Below are positions 1-7,753 of a DNA stretch of 53,415 nt, piece by piece (the stretch's first letter is position 1; each line of letters starts with the position of its first letter). The notes under the pieces are model-generated. The model was not told where the DNA came from. It saw only the letters and a program-made list of their open reading frames with translations, and did not search any database. This DNA is from Candidatus Azambacteria bacterium RIFCSPLOWO2_01_FULL_44_84 (lineage in GTDB: Bacteria > Patescibacteriota > Minisyncoccia > UBA10092), in the NCBI GenBank assembly GCA_001774075.1, contig MEYR01000005.1, forward strand, positions 1 to 53,415, read 5' to 3'. A program made the translations under genes and the position numbers.

Positions 1-1
1 T

Positions 2-48
2 TGTGCCCACCAGGATTCGAACCTGGGACCGTCTCCTTAAAAGGGAAT
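2..48 (-). pseudogene. tRNA-Lys-like 3' fragment (anticodon arm through acceptor 3' strand), at window edge
   Basis: Minus strand reads ATTCC-CTTTTAA-GGAGA-CGGTC-CCAGG-TTCGAAT-CCTGG-TGGGCAC-A. The T-arm is intact, with compensatory changes relative to the tRNA-Lys at 69-141. No D-arm or 5' acceptor strand is in register. Confidence 0.6.
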
Positions 49-68
49 CTTTTAAATTCAGTGCTTTG

Positions 69-141
69 TGCGCCCAGAAGGATTCGAACCTTCGACCGTC
101 TCCTTAAAAGGGAGCTGCTCTACCAGCTGAGCTATGGGCGC
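69..141 (-). tRNA. tRNA-Lys (anticodon UUU)
   Basis: Minus strand GCGCCCA-TA-GCTC-AGCTGGTA-GAGC-A-GCTCC-CTTTTAA-GGAGA-CGGTC-GAAGG-TTCGAAT-CCTTC-TGGGCGC-A. Complete 73-nt cloverleaf; CCA not encoded. Confidence 0.9.
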
Positions 142-156
142 ACAAAGCACTGAATT

Positions 157-270
157 ATTTAAAAGGGAGCTGCTCATCCCCGGGTTTTATTTTACGCAAA
201 TCGAGGACGATTTGCTATAAAACCCTTAAAACACAAGCAGTTGTGTTTTAACCAGTTGAGCTATGGGCGG
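157..270 (-). pseudogene. tRNA-Lys-like 5' fragment (acceptor 5' strand, D-arm, anticodon stem and loop) with a ~73-nt hairpin insertion in the D-loop
   Basis: Minus strand CCGCCCA-TA-GCTC-AACTGG[insert]GAGC-A-GCTCC-CTTTTAA. The insert (about 176-250) folds as AAAACACAA/TTGTGTTTT and as GGGTTTTAT/ATAAAACCC enclosing GCAAATCG/CGATTTGC. Confidence 0.55.
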
Positions 271-282
271 AAGTAATTTATC

Positions 283-801
283 TTAACCGCGCCGGAGGAA
301 AAATAAAACAATTGTCGGCAATATCAGCCAGACAAAATGCGCCAAATCAGAACCGAACAGCAACTGCGTCATCGGCGCCAACCGTATCAACGGTTCTTTG
401 AGAGCGGGTACATAGGTAAAAAGAGTACTCGCCCAAAGCCCGACGTTTAAAAAGCTTAAAAATATCATCTGTCCCCTCCTTTTGTTTATTTCTTTTCGGG
501 CCAAACCGGAAGAATTCAAAATCCAGAAAATAAAAATAACCAGAACGAAAAAGACAAACGACTTGATGTAAAGAGTTTGAAGCGAGTTAAGATTGGCCAA
601 AAACTTTTCAGAGAACGGAATATATTGGCTGACCAAAGCGGCCGGATAAGATGCCAATAATAACACGATTATACGGTTTCGTCCAGCCATCAGGCCATAC
701 AAAAACACGGCCGCGAAGAAAAATAAAAGAGCCAAAATATCCCAAGTCGGGTTGGATAAAAATAGGTTTAGAGTTCGGCGCAAAGTAACTAAATAGGTCA
801 C
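283..801 (-). CDS. hypothetical multi-pass membrane protein
   Basis: 172-aa ORF with several long hydrophobic segments. It abuts the J-domain gene stop with a 1-nt gap. No recognisable motif. Confidence 0.6.
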   Translation of the reverse strand: MTYLVTLRRTLNLFLSNPTWDILALLFFFAAVFLYGLMAGRNRIIVLLLASYPAALVSQYIPFSEKFLANLNSLQTLYIKSFVFFVLVIFIFWILNSSGLARKEINKRRGQMIFLSFLNVGLWASTLFTYVPALKEPLIRLAPMTQLLFGSDLAHFVWLILPTIVLFFLRRG

Positions 802-802
802 T

Positions 803-1408
803 TTAATTCAATTCGTCCCGGAGTTTTTCCAAAAGCTCGCGCGCTTTTTTGGAAAGATGGTCGGGAGTTTTTATCTTTATGACAAAAATTATATCATTAT
901 TTTTGCCGTGATGCACCAGCGCTTCGCCCTGTTGGATGCCGGCCGGAATCTCCAATTTTATCCTTTCTCCGCGGGCTTCAACCTCTATGGCGCCGCCAAG
1001 CATCGCGGTCACGAAATCAATCGCGAGAGTCGTCTGTATGGTCGAGTGAACCCGGCCGCCAAATCCGCCGAAACCAAAGCCGCCTCCGCCTCTGCTCCGG
1101 CGGCCGCCACCAAAAAGTTCTTCCAAAATATCCGAAAGGCCGCCGAAGCCTTCAAACCCCTCAAAGGGATTTTGGCCGCCCGGGAATCCCCCGCCCTCGA
1201 AAGTCGTTCCGAAGCGGTCATATTGCTGGCGTTTTTTTGAATCCCCCAAAACCTGGTAGGCCTCGTTAATTTCTTTGAATTTCTTGTCATCGCCGCCTGT
1301 TTTGTCTGGATGATGCTGATGAGCCAGACGCCGGTAGGCCTTTTTTATTTCATCCTCGGTTGCGCCTTTCGGCACTCCTAAAATTTGATAATAATCCTTA
1401 TTAGCCAT
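803..1408 (-). CDS. J-domain co-chaperone (short DnaJ/CbpA-like, no Cys-rich zinc-finger domain)
   Basis: J-domain DYYQILGV...[13 protein letters not shown], a Gly/Phe-rich linker and a single C-terminal beta domain. Confidence 0.85.
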   Translation of the reverse strand: MANKDYYQILGVPKGATEDEIKKAYRRLAHQHHPDKTGGDDKKFKEINEAYQVLGDSKKRQQYDRFGTTFEGGGFPGGQNPFEGFEGFGGLSDILEELFGGGRRSRGGGGFGFGGFGGRVHSTIQTTLAIDFVTAMLGGAIEVEARGERIKLEIPAGIQQGEALVHHGKNNDIIFVIKIKTPDHLSKKARELLEKLRDELN

Positions 1409-1486
1409 GATTAACCTTTTTTGACAAAATAATTAACTCATTGTATAGTATATTATACGCTCATTAAAAAGTAGGAGTCGCCGGCC

Positions 1487-2206
1487 ATGAAACTAGATGT
1501 TGGTTCTGGCGACGAAAGAATCCGAGAAATCGTCGCCGGTTGGAGCTTCCAAACGCAACTGGGATTCTTTCTGATCGCGCTATTTGGTGCCGTACCCATT
1601 ATACAGTGGCTCGCATATCTTATTCCATTCGACTCGGTAAGATTGGCTCTTTTCCGTCTCGACGGTTTTGCGTCCGATTTTTTCGGGACAATCCTGCTTA
1701 TCTTCTTCCTCCTTTATAAACGGGGCTATATTGCGGACACAATTTTTTCGGCGCCGGCAAATTATAAAACAAACCTCAAGAATGTTTGGCTGCGCTTTTT
1801 AATTTATACAGTGGTAATACTGGCAGTGGGATTGGCGCAGGTTTATAATCTCGCATATCTTTTCAACATAGGACCTAAAGCTATGAAGCTGACCGGCGAC
1901 TTAGGAGGGTTTCTGGTGTTTACTTTAATTGTTCCTATAACTGAAGAAATTTATAGTCGGTTCTTGGCGCTCTATATAATTAGCCGCTGGTCAAATAGAC
2001 TAGTCGGCGTGACTGTTTCTGTCTTTCTTTTCACTATCGGTCATTACAGCCCCACCATGTCTGACAAAACCCAGAACATAATTCTTGGAACTCTCTGGGC
2101 GCTTGTAACGATGAAATTCGGGACACTCTGGCCGTCGCTTGCGATGCATTCCTGGAACAATATGATCGTGTATTTTATTAAATCTTGGCGATTGCCGCTT
2201 TTTTGA
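1487..2206 (+). CDS. CPBP (CAAX-type) intramembrane protease family protein
   Basis: Multi-TM protein with EEIYSRF (EExxxR), FTIGH (FxxxH) and HSWNN (HxxxN) motifs. Confidence 0.8.
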   Translation: MKLDVGSGDERIREIVAGWSFQTQLGFFLIALFGAVPIIQWLAYLIPFDSVRLALFRLDGFASDFFGTILLIFFLLYKRGYIADTIFSAPANYKTNLKNVWLRFLIYTVVILAVGLAQVYNLAYLFNIGPKAMKLTGDLGGFLVFTLIVPITEEIYSRFLALYIISRWSNRLVGVTVSVFLFTIGHYSPTMSDKTQNIILGTLWALVTMKFGTLWPSLAMHSWNNMIVYFIKSWRLPLF

Positions 2207-2218
2207 AAGCGGCGGTTT

Positions 2219-4153
2219 TTATTTCTTCTCCTCTTCTTTCTTTTCTCCGGGGATTGTTTCCTGTTTGGAATTTGTTTCTTGGTTATTGAAATTTCCAGCC
2301 TGCGGCTGGCCACCCTGTGGTGAGTCCGTCGAACCATACATCGCGGAACCTATTTTTTGAATCGCCTGCGATAAATCCTCGGATGATTTTTTAATTGCCG
2401 CGGTATTAACGCCTTTCAGAGCCGTTTTTACCGACTCTATTTTTTCTTCAATTTCTTTTTTGTCTTCCGGTTTTACCTTGTCGCCCGCGTCGCGCAGCGA
2501 TTTTTCCGCCAGATAAACCATCTGCTCGGCGGTATTTTTTATTTCTATCTCTTCTTTCTTTTTGGAATCTTCGGCGGCATGAACTTCCGCGTCTTTTTTC
2601 ATTTTTTCAATCTCTTCTTTCGAAAGGCCCAATGAGGCGGTAATGGTAATTGACTGCTTCTTATTTGTCGCTTTATCCACCGCGGAAACGTTCAAAATGC
2701 CGTTGGCGTCAATGTCAAAAGTAACTTCAATTTGCGGCACACCGCGCGGCGCGGGGGGAATGCCGTCAAGAATAAATTTTCCGAGAGTCTTGTTGTCCGG
2801 AGCCATTGGCCGTTCGCCCTGCAGAACATGGACCTCAACCGACGGCTGGTTGTCCGAAGCGGTTGAAAAAATTTGGGTCTTGGCGGTAGGCACCGTGGTG
2901 TTTTTGGGAATCATTGATGTCGCGACATTGCCAAGTGTTTCAATGCCGAGTGTCAAAGGTGTCACATCCAAAAGCAAAATATCGCGCACGTCGCCCTGCA
3001 TAATCCCCGCCTGAACCGCCGCGCCCAGAGCCACGACTTCGTCGGGATTGATGCTTTTGTTCGGTTCTTTGCCGAAAAGATTCTTTACCGCTTCAACAAT
3101 CGCCGGCATCCTGGTCTGGCCGCCAACCAAAACTATTTCGTTGATGTCGGACAAATTAAACTTCGCTTCTTTAACCGTCTGCTTAACGAGTTCAATTGAA
3201 ATCGCGATATAGTCGTGAACCAACTCTTCAAGTTTGGCGCGAGAAAGCTTGGTGACAAAATGTTTCGGGCCCGAAGCATCCGAAGTAATGAACGGCAGAT
3301 TGATTTCGGTTTCCAAAACCGTTGAGAGTTCGTGCTTGGCTTTCTCCGCCCCCTCTTTCAAGCGCTGAAGCGCCATGACGTCTTTTGACAAATCAATCCC
3401 TTGGTCTTTTTTGAACAAATCAACGAGATAGCCCGTAATCCTCTGGTCAAAATCGTCTCCGCCCAAATGCGTGTCCCCGCCCGTGGATTTAACTTCAATA
3501 GTGTCGTCCCCTATTTCAAGAACCGAGATGTCAAAAGTTCCGCCGCCGAAATCATAGACAACGATTTTTTCATCTTTCTTTTTGTTGAGGCCGTAAGCCA
3601 AAGCCGCGGCCGTCGGTTCGTTCAAAATTCTTTTCACGGTCAGGCCCGCGATCTCGCCCGCGTTTTTTGTTGCCTGTCTTTGCGAATCGTCAAAATAAGC
3701 CGGAACGGTAATGATTACCTCGGTAATTTTTTCGCTCAGTTTTGTTTCCGCGTCCTGCTTCAGCTTTTGCAAAACCATGGCTGAAATTTCTTCCGGCCGG
3801 TACCACTTAGCTTGCCCTGAGCCCGTCGAAGGATCGCCCATCTTCACCTCCACGCCGCCCGACGCCGATTCTCTCATTTGGTATGGCAAAAGCTTGCTGT
3901 CCCGCGAAACTTCCGAATCAGCCCATCTACGGCCGATTAGGCGCTTAATGGAATAAAGCGTGTCTACCGGATTCACCACGGCTTGTCGCTTGGCGGTAAT
4001 GCCGACGAGACGCTCGCCGTTTTTGGAGAGTGCCGCAATTGAAGGCGTGGTTCTGGCGCCTTCTTTATTTTCAACTATTTTCGGCTCGCCTCCTTCGACA
4101 ACTGCCATTGCCGAGTTTGTCGTGCCGAGATCTATTCCTAAAATTTTTGCCAT
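2219..4153 (-). CDS. dnaK: molecular chaperone DnaK (Hsp70)
   Basis: [17 protein letters not shown] and [10 protein letters not shown] signatures; 644 aa, full length. Confidence 0.97.
   Translation of the reverse strand: MAKILGIDLGTTNSAMAVVEGGEPKIVENKEGARTTPSIAALSKNGERLVGITAKRQAVVNPVDTLYSIKRLIGRRWADSEVSRDSKLLPYQMRESASGGVEVKMGDPSTGSGQAKWYRPEEISAMVLQKLKQDAETKLSEKITEVIITVPAYFDDSQRQATKNAGEIAGLTVKRILNEPTAAALAYGLNKKKDEKIVVYDFGGGTFDISVLEIGDDTIEVKSTGGDTHLGGDDFDQRITGYLVDLFKKDQGIDLSKDVMALQRLKEGAEKAKHELSTVLETEINLPFITSDASGPKHFVTKLSRAKLEELVHDYIAISIELVKQTVKEAKFNLSDINEIVLVGGQTRMPAIVEAVKNLFGKEPNKSINPDEVVALGAAVQAGIMQGDVRDILLLDVTPLTLGIETLGNVATSMIPKNTTVPTAKTQIFSTASDNQPSVEVHVLQGERPMAPDNKTLGKFILDGIPPAPRGVPQIEVTFDIDANGILNVSAVDKATNKKQSITITASLGLSKEEIEKMKKDAEVHAAEDSKKKEEIEIKNTAEQMVYLAEKSLRDAGDKVKPEDKKEIEEKIESVKTALKGVNTAAIKKSSEDLSQAIQKIGSAMYGSTDSPQGGQPQAGNFNNQETNSKQETIPGEKKEEEKK
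3811..3840 (-). repeat. GC-rich short repeat (CCTGAGC-N-GTCGAAGG family) inserted in frame in dnaK
   Basis: Plus strand cttgccctgagcccgtcgaaggatcgccca encodes [10 protein letters not shown] on the minus strand. Related motifs occur at 6087-6101, 6116-6135, 12377-12410 and 12869-12884. Confidence 0.6.
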
Positions 4154-4261
4154 ATTTTTCTAAAAATTGAATTATGTTAATTTTGACTTGAAACTTATTT
4201 ATGATATATTGTGTTCAATATAATTGGATCTTTTAGACTTTTTCTGGAGGAGGATTCTCGA

Positions 4262-4672
4262 ATGAATGTCGCCGGATCTTTCAGGCATTCGGAACTTGAA
4301 CCAACTCAAAAAACCGAGAGGCCTTGGGGTTCGTGGACCGTTCTTGAAACCGGCCCGAACTACAAGATAAAAAGGATTGAAGTTAAGCCAGGCTGCCGCC
4401 TGAGTCTGCAGATACATTTTCACCGTTCCGAACACTGGATTGTGCTTTCCGGGACTGCCAAAGTTACGAAAAATGGCGATGAACTGATAGTCCGCGTGGG
4501 CGAGTCAACATTTGTGCCGTCAGGCACAAAGCACCGCCTCGAGAACCCCGGCGACATACCTCTCGTCATTATCGAGATCGCCCAGGGCCAGCACATCAGC
4601 GAGGACGACATCGTCCGGTTTGAAGACGACTATAACCGTCATAAACCATCCCGTAATTCTCGCAAGCGATAG
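4262..4672 (+). CDS. cupin-domain protein, mannose-6-phosphate isomerase type II C-terminal-like
   Basis: RPWGSW...YKIKRIEVKPG.RLSLQ.H.HRSEHWIVLSGTA cupin motifs. GGAGGAGG lies 8 nt upstream of the ATG at 4262, so the track start at 4211 is probably an over-extension. Confidence 0.75.
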   Translation: MNVAGSFRHSELEPTQKTERPWGSWTVLETGPNYKIKRIEVKPGCRLSLQIHFHRSEHWIVLSGTAKVTKNGDELIVRVGESTFVPSGTKHRLENPGDIPLVIIEIAQGQHISEDDIVRFEDDYNRHKPSRNSRKR

Positions 4673-4756
4673 TAGCTGACTCGCCTTTGCCACCTGCTTG
4701 GTGGCTTTTTAATTTTAAAAGTTTAATTTTCAATAAATGATTCAATTTTACAATTT

Positions 4757-4789
4757 TTCTCCCTTCGGGAGATCTCCCGCAGGGAGACA
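4757..4789. repeat. tandem C(UUCG)G-type hairpin element, copy 1
   Basis: ttctcccttcgggagatctcccgcagggagac lies between the convergent cupin gene and grpE. A near copy lies at 18091-18120. Confidence 0.6.
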
Positions 4790-4800
4790 AACGGTTTGAA

Positions 4801-4853
4801 TAATTGAGTCATTGAAAATTCATTGGAAATTGTGAATTGATAATTGAGAATTG
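4801..4853. repeat. AT-rich TTGAAAATTG-type intergenic oligomer array
   Basis: attgaaaattcattggaaattgtgaattgataattgagaattg. The same word family recurs at 8686-8770, 12137-12172, 18056-18092 and 21022-21158. Confidence 0.6.
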
Positions 4854-4855
4854 CC

Positions 4856-5326
4856 CTACTTAAAGATCTTGACCTTTGCCGGGCGAAAAACTTCTCCATC
4901 CAGCAAATAGCCCTTTTGCACCTCTTCGGCTATTTTGTCAGTATCTCCTCCCTCTACACTTTCAACCGCTTCGTGCTTCAACGGGTCAAACGCCTCGCCA
5001 ACCGCCGCCATCGCCTCAACCTTCTGCGCTTTCAGATAATCATCAAGCTGTTTTTTTATGCCGCCAACCCCGGCAATCCATGCATCATTTTTCAGGTTTT
5101 CAGAAATACTGTCGAACGCTTTATCAAAACTGTCCATAATATTCAAAAGCGGCATTATGAAAATTTTTGACATCCAAGCTTTCAACTCTTTAGCGCTTTC
5201 CTCGGTTTCTTTCTTAAAATTAACATAATCCGCTTTCGCCCGCTTCCAGCCGTTTAAATACTCATCCGCCTGCTTTTTGCAATCTTCCAGTTCTTTTTTT
5301 ATTTTTTCAATTTCCTGTTCATTCAT
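4856..5326 (-). CDS. grpE: nucleotide exchange factor GrpE
   Basis: Coiled-coil N-terminus, C-terminal beta domain (KGYLLDGEVFRPAKV), and an 8-nt overlap with the hrcA stop. Confidence 0.9.
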   Translation of the reverse strand: MNEQEIEKIKKELEDCKKQADEYLNGWKRAKADYVNFKKETEESAKELKAWMSKIFIMPLLNIMDSFDKAFDSISENLKNDAWIAGVGGIKKQLDDYLKAQKVEAMAAVGEAFDPLKHEAVESVEGGDTDKIAEEVQKGYLLDGEVFRPAKVKIFK

Positions 5327-6044
5327 AATTTTTCAATAAATTCGATATCGCGTTGACGACGGAAATATTCCGACGGTAATTCATTCTTTTCGGACCCAAT
5401 ATCGCTACGAGGCGAGACTCATCATTGCCGCAGTCAACGCAGGAAGCAATAACGCTGTAATTTCTGGCGTTGCTGTAAGAATTTTCACCGCCGATAAATA
5501 CTCGCGGCTCTTCACTAAGCCCGCCTAAGATCGTTTTAAAATAGTCGTCAATATCGTCAAATAAGCTCGCGGCGGCCTGGAAATCCTCCGGCGCGGCAAA
5601 TTCCGGCTCGCGGAAAAAATCGCGCACGCCAGAGGTAAAAAACATCTGTTCTTCGGGTTCCGCGCCTATGCCCACATTGTGAGTCATTTGCGCCATTAGT
5701 TTAGCGACGCCGGCCATAAGCGGCTCGTCGCTGAAACCCCGCAAATGTTTTTGTAAACTTGCAAGCTGTACTTTTGTCGGAAGTCCCAAGTCCTCGCCGC
5801 CAAGAAAATAATCAACGTAATACCGCCAACCCTTGTCGGTCGGAACTCGGCCGCCGGAACTGTGCGCCTTAGTTAGAAAACCGAGGTCTTCCAGTTCCAT
5901 CAAGTCGTTGCGCAAAGTAGCCGGGCTTAAATCCGTAAAAAAATTACCAGCCAAAAATTCAGAACCGACTGCCCGCGCGGTTTTTATATATTCCCTGACG
6001 GCTGTTTCAAGTATGTCATTAAGCCGCTCATTCATAATTTTCAC
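5319..6044 (-). CDS. hrcA: heat-inducible transcription repressor HrcA (short form)
   Basis: N-terminal wHTH (LSPATLRNDLMELEDLGFLTKAHSSGGRVPT), a position upstream of grpE, and a perfect CIRCE 13 nt upstream. Confidence 0.85.
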   Translation of the reverse strand: MKIMNERLNDILETAVREYIKTARAVGSEFLAGNFFTDLSPATLRNDLMELEDLGFLTKAHSSGGRVPTDKGWRYYVDYFLGGEDLGLPTKVQLASLQKHLRGFSDEPLMAGVAKLMAQMTHNVGIGAEPEEQMFFTSGVRDFFREPEFAAPEDFQAAASLFDDIDDYFKTILGGLSEEPRVFIGGENSYSNARNYSVIASCVDCGNDESRLVAILGPKRMNYRRNISVVNAISNLLKNYE

Positions 6045-6056
6045 ATTATATAAAAA

Positions 6057-6083
6057 TTAGCACTCTCATGTCAAGAGTGCTAA
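6057..6083. promoter_or_regulatory. CIRCE operator (HrcA binding site)
   Basis: TTAGCACTC-tcatgtcaa-GAGTGCTAA is an exact match to the consensus TTAGCACTC-N9-GAGTGCTAA. Confidence 0.92.
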
Positions 6084-6102
6084 TGGTTCGACTTCGCTCA
6101 CC

Positions 6103-6149
6103 ATAGCACTCTTGACCCTGAGCACAGTCGAATGGGTCAAGAGTACTAA
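6103..6149. promoter_or_regulatory. second CIRCE-like inverted repeat whose spacer is a 29-nt palindromic insert
   Basis: aTAGCACTC-[ttgaccctgagcacagtcgaatgggtcaa]-GAGTaCTAA. Both half-sites are near consensus but the spacer is 29 nt instead of 9. Confidence 0.5.
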
Positions 6150-6150
6150 T

Positions 6151-6205
6151 CCCGTTAGAAGTAAGATGCCGACGGCGTCTGCCAACTTGTCGAACTTCTA
6201 ACGGG
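6151..6205. repeat. palindromic element CCCGTTAGAAG...CTTCTAACGGG, copy 1 (55 nt)
   Basis: cccgttagaagtaagatgccgacggcgtctgccaacttgtcgaacttctaacggg is nearly the reverse complement of copy 3 at 35862-35916. Confidence 0.8.
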
Positions 6206-6233
6206 ACTAATTAGAAAAATTAAAACGGCGTAT

Positions 6234-6491
6234 TTAGCCGTTAATTTTTCGTATATGCTGGCCCTCATAAACTCCCACATGCCGGCCATAGCTCAACTCA
6301 TCTACATACACAGTTATGAAAAATGTTTTATTTTCATCCTCACCGCAGGATTTTATCTCGTCAACACAACCCCGGAACCACTTCCCGCATCCTAAATCCA
6401 CAAAAACGCTTACATAGCTTCTGACAAAAACTTCTACTTCTTCGCCCAATACAAATTGTGAACGCTTCTCTACTTCACCGACCGTCTGCAT
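6234..6491 (-). CDS. hypothetical small protein (85 aa)
   Basis: ORF only; no motif recognised. Last gene of the GC-richer islet. Confidence 0.4.
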   Translation of the reverse strand: MQTVGEVEKRSQFVLGEEVEVFVRSYVSVFVDLGCGKWFRGCVDEIKSCGEDENKTFFITVYVDELSYGRHVGVYEGQHIRKING

Positions 6492-6601
6492 TTGCGCCGC
6501 CTTTTAAATTCTCAATGCACAAATATGAAATTAAATTAAAATAAATCTACCAAGAAGTCAATCCAAACAAGGCGTTCCGACGTACTTTTCAGCACTACTT
6601 C

Positions 6602-6641
6602 ATAGTGTCAAATTTGTGCTATAGCATAAATTTGACACTAT
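6602..6641. promoter_or_regulatory. 14-bp perfect inverted repeat (possible operator or hairpin)
   Basis: atagtgtcaaattt-gtgctatagcat-aaatttgacactat lies in the spacer upstream of the 85-aa ORF. Confidence 0.35.
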
Positions 6642-6711
6642 AGACGAATAAGAAGACCGCGAGATCAGTCAAGAAAAATTAAAAGCGGGCCGCCCACCCG
6701 CCCTTAAATAA

Positions 6712-6735
6712 TAAATCCGCCTAAATGGCGGATTA
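6712..6735 (-). terminator. rho-independent terminator after the deaminase-like gene
   Basis: Minus strand AATCCGCC-attt-aGGCGGATT followed by TTATTATTT. Confidence 0.6.
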
Positions 6736-6768
6736 AAATTGCGAAGAAAATTCTTCAAGGGTAGGGGG

Positions 6769-7212
6769 TTAACGTACCCGTCCCGTTAGAAGCCGCCTCG
6801 CCAAAGGCGCGGCTACGGCCGCCTTGGGGCGACCTGCTTCTAACGGGACCCGCACCCAGTCAAGACGCTGGAGTTCCCAGTCGCCTTCCTTATTGATAAA
6901 CTCAATCTCGGCAATGCCGAGCGCCCGCAAAAGAGGCAGGCACTTTTGCTCGCAAGGCCGCGAGTAAACCCAATTGCCGCTTTTCTTGCGCCGGCCGGCG
7001 ACAGTCATGCGAGCCCCCGTGAGTCGCTTGGGATTGGCTCGCGATACCGCGTACTGCTCGGCATGAACCGTCATTCCGTCAGCCGATGGATAATTCCAGC
7101 CCCAGGCAAAATTGCCGTGGCCATCGCTCAAAACCGCCGCCATCTGGACACCATAGGAAGACCGCTCGAGAAGTTCGACGGCCAGCTGGCGCGAACTCTT
7201 CTTGGCGTTCAA
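6769..7212 (-). CDS. cytidine/deoxycytidylate deaminase-fold protein (HAE ... PCx3C)
   Basis: Contains MTVHAEQYAV and RPCEQKC zinc-ligand-like motifs. The last ~27 codons are encoded by palindromic element copy 2. Confidence 0.55.
   Translation of the reverse strand: MNAKKSSRQLAVELLERSSYGVQMAAVLSDGHGNFAWGWNYPSADGMTVHAEQYAVSRANPKRLTGARMTVAGRRKKSGNWVYSRPCEQKCLPLLRALGIAEIEFINKEGDWELQRLDWVRVPLEAGRPKAAVAAPLARRLLTGRVR
6782..6847. repeat. palindromic element CCCGTTAGAAG...CTTCTAACGGG, copy 2 (66 nt, different core)
   Basis: cccgttagaagccgcctcgccaaaggcgcggctacggccgccttggggcgacctgcttctaacggg lies inside the 3' end of the deaminase-like ORF. Confidence 0.75.
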
Positions 7213-7238
7213 GAAGCGCCTCCTGTTTGTTACCGTTT

Positions 7239-7631
7239 TTAATTGTTCCTGCCGGCAGTCGCCAGTACGGACACTATGTTGTCAAGAGCCACGATGTGTT
7301 CGGCCAGCGAATGGCCGCACAAAAAATACGGCGTACCGTGAACGTCCTCCGATTGGAGCAAAATATCTTTGACATGGGCCTTCTCTTTCAAAGCGAGATT
7401 CAAATAAAAACCGCGGCGTACGGGGTAAGGAATGAACGTCATCCTTTCGGTGCGGATGAATACCTCAATCAGGATTTTCCACTGATAGTCGGGCGCGGTC
7501 CTCTGGGCTTCCGCGATCGCGGTTTTGATAAATTGGTCATGAACGCCGGAAGCCATGGCCGATTTCAAAGCGCAACACTCCACCCTTCCGAACTCAATCG
7601 CGGCCGGGTGAAGCCTTCCTCTCGTGTTCAT
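7239..7631 (-). CDS. hypothetical protein (130 aa), first gene of the GC-richer islet
   Basis: ORF only. It shares strand and tight spacing with the deaminase-like gene. Confidence 0.45.
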   Translation of the reverse strand: MNTRGRLHPAAIEFGRVECCALKSAMASGVHDQFIKTAIAEAQRTAPDYQWKILIEVFIRTERMTFIPYPVRRGFYLNLALKEKAHVKDILLQSEDVHGTPYFLCGHSLAEHIVALDNIVSVLATAGRNN

Positions 7632-7753
7632 TTCTGGCCTCCTAAATTATTAAAGATTAGTAATAGAATACAATACTTCATAGACAAGGTCAAATTTTTA
7701 CTACTTGCGTCTTTTATGATAAAATTAATCTATTAATATTATCCAAAAACAAG

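Noticed and set aside
7086-7736. 216-aa plus-strand ORF in the GC-rich islet
   Set aside because: It is antisense to two better-supported minus-strand ORFs. It is Arg/Pro/Ser-rich, as expected for an out-of-frame reading of GC-rich DNA. It has no ribosome-binding site and it runs into the corA promoter region.
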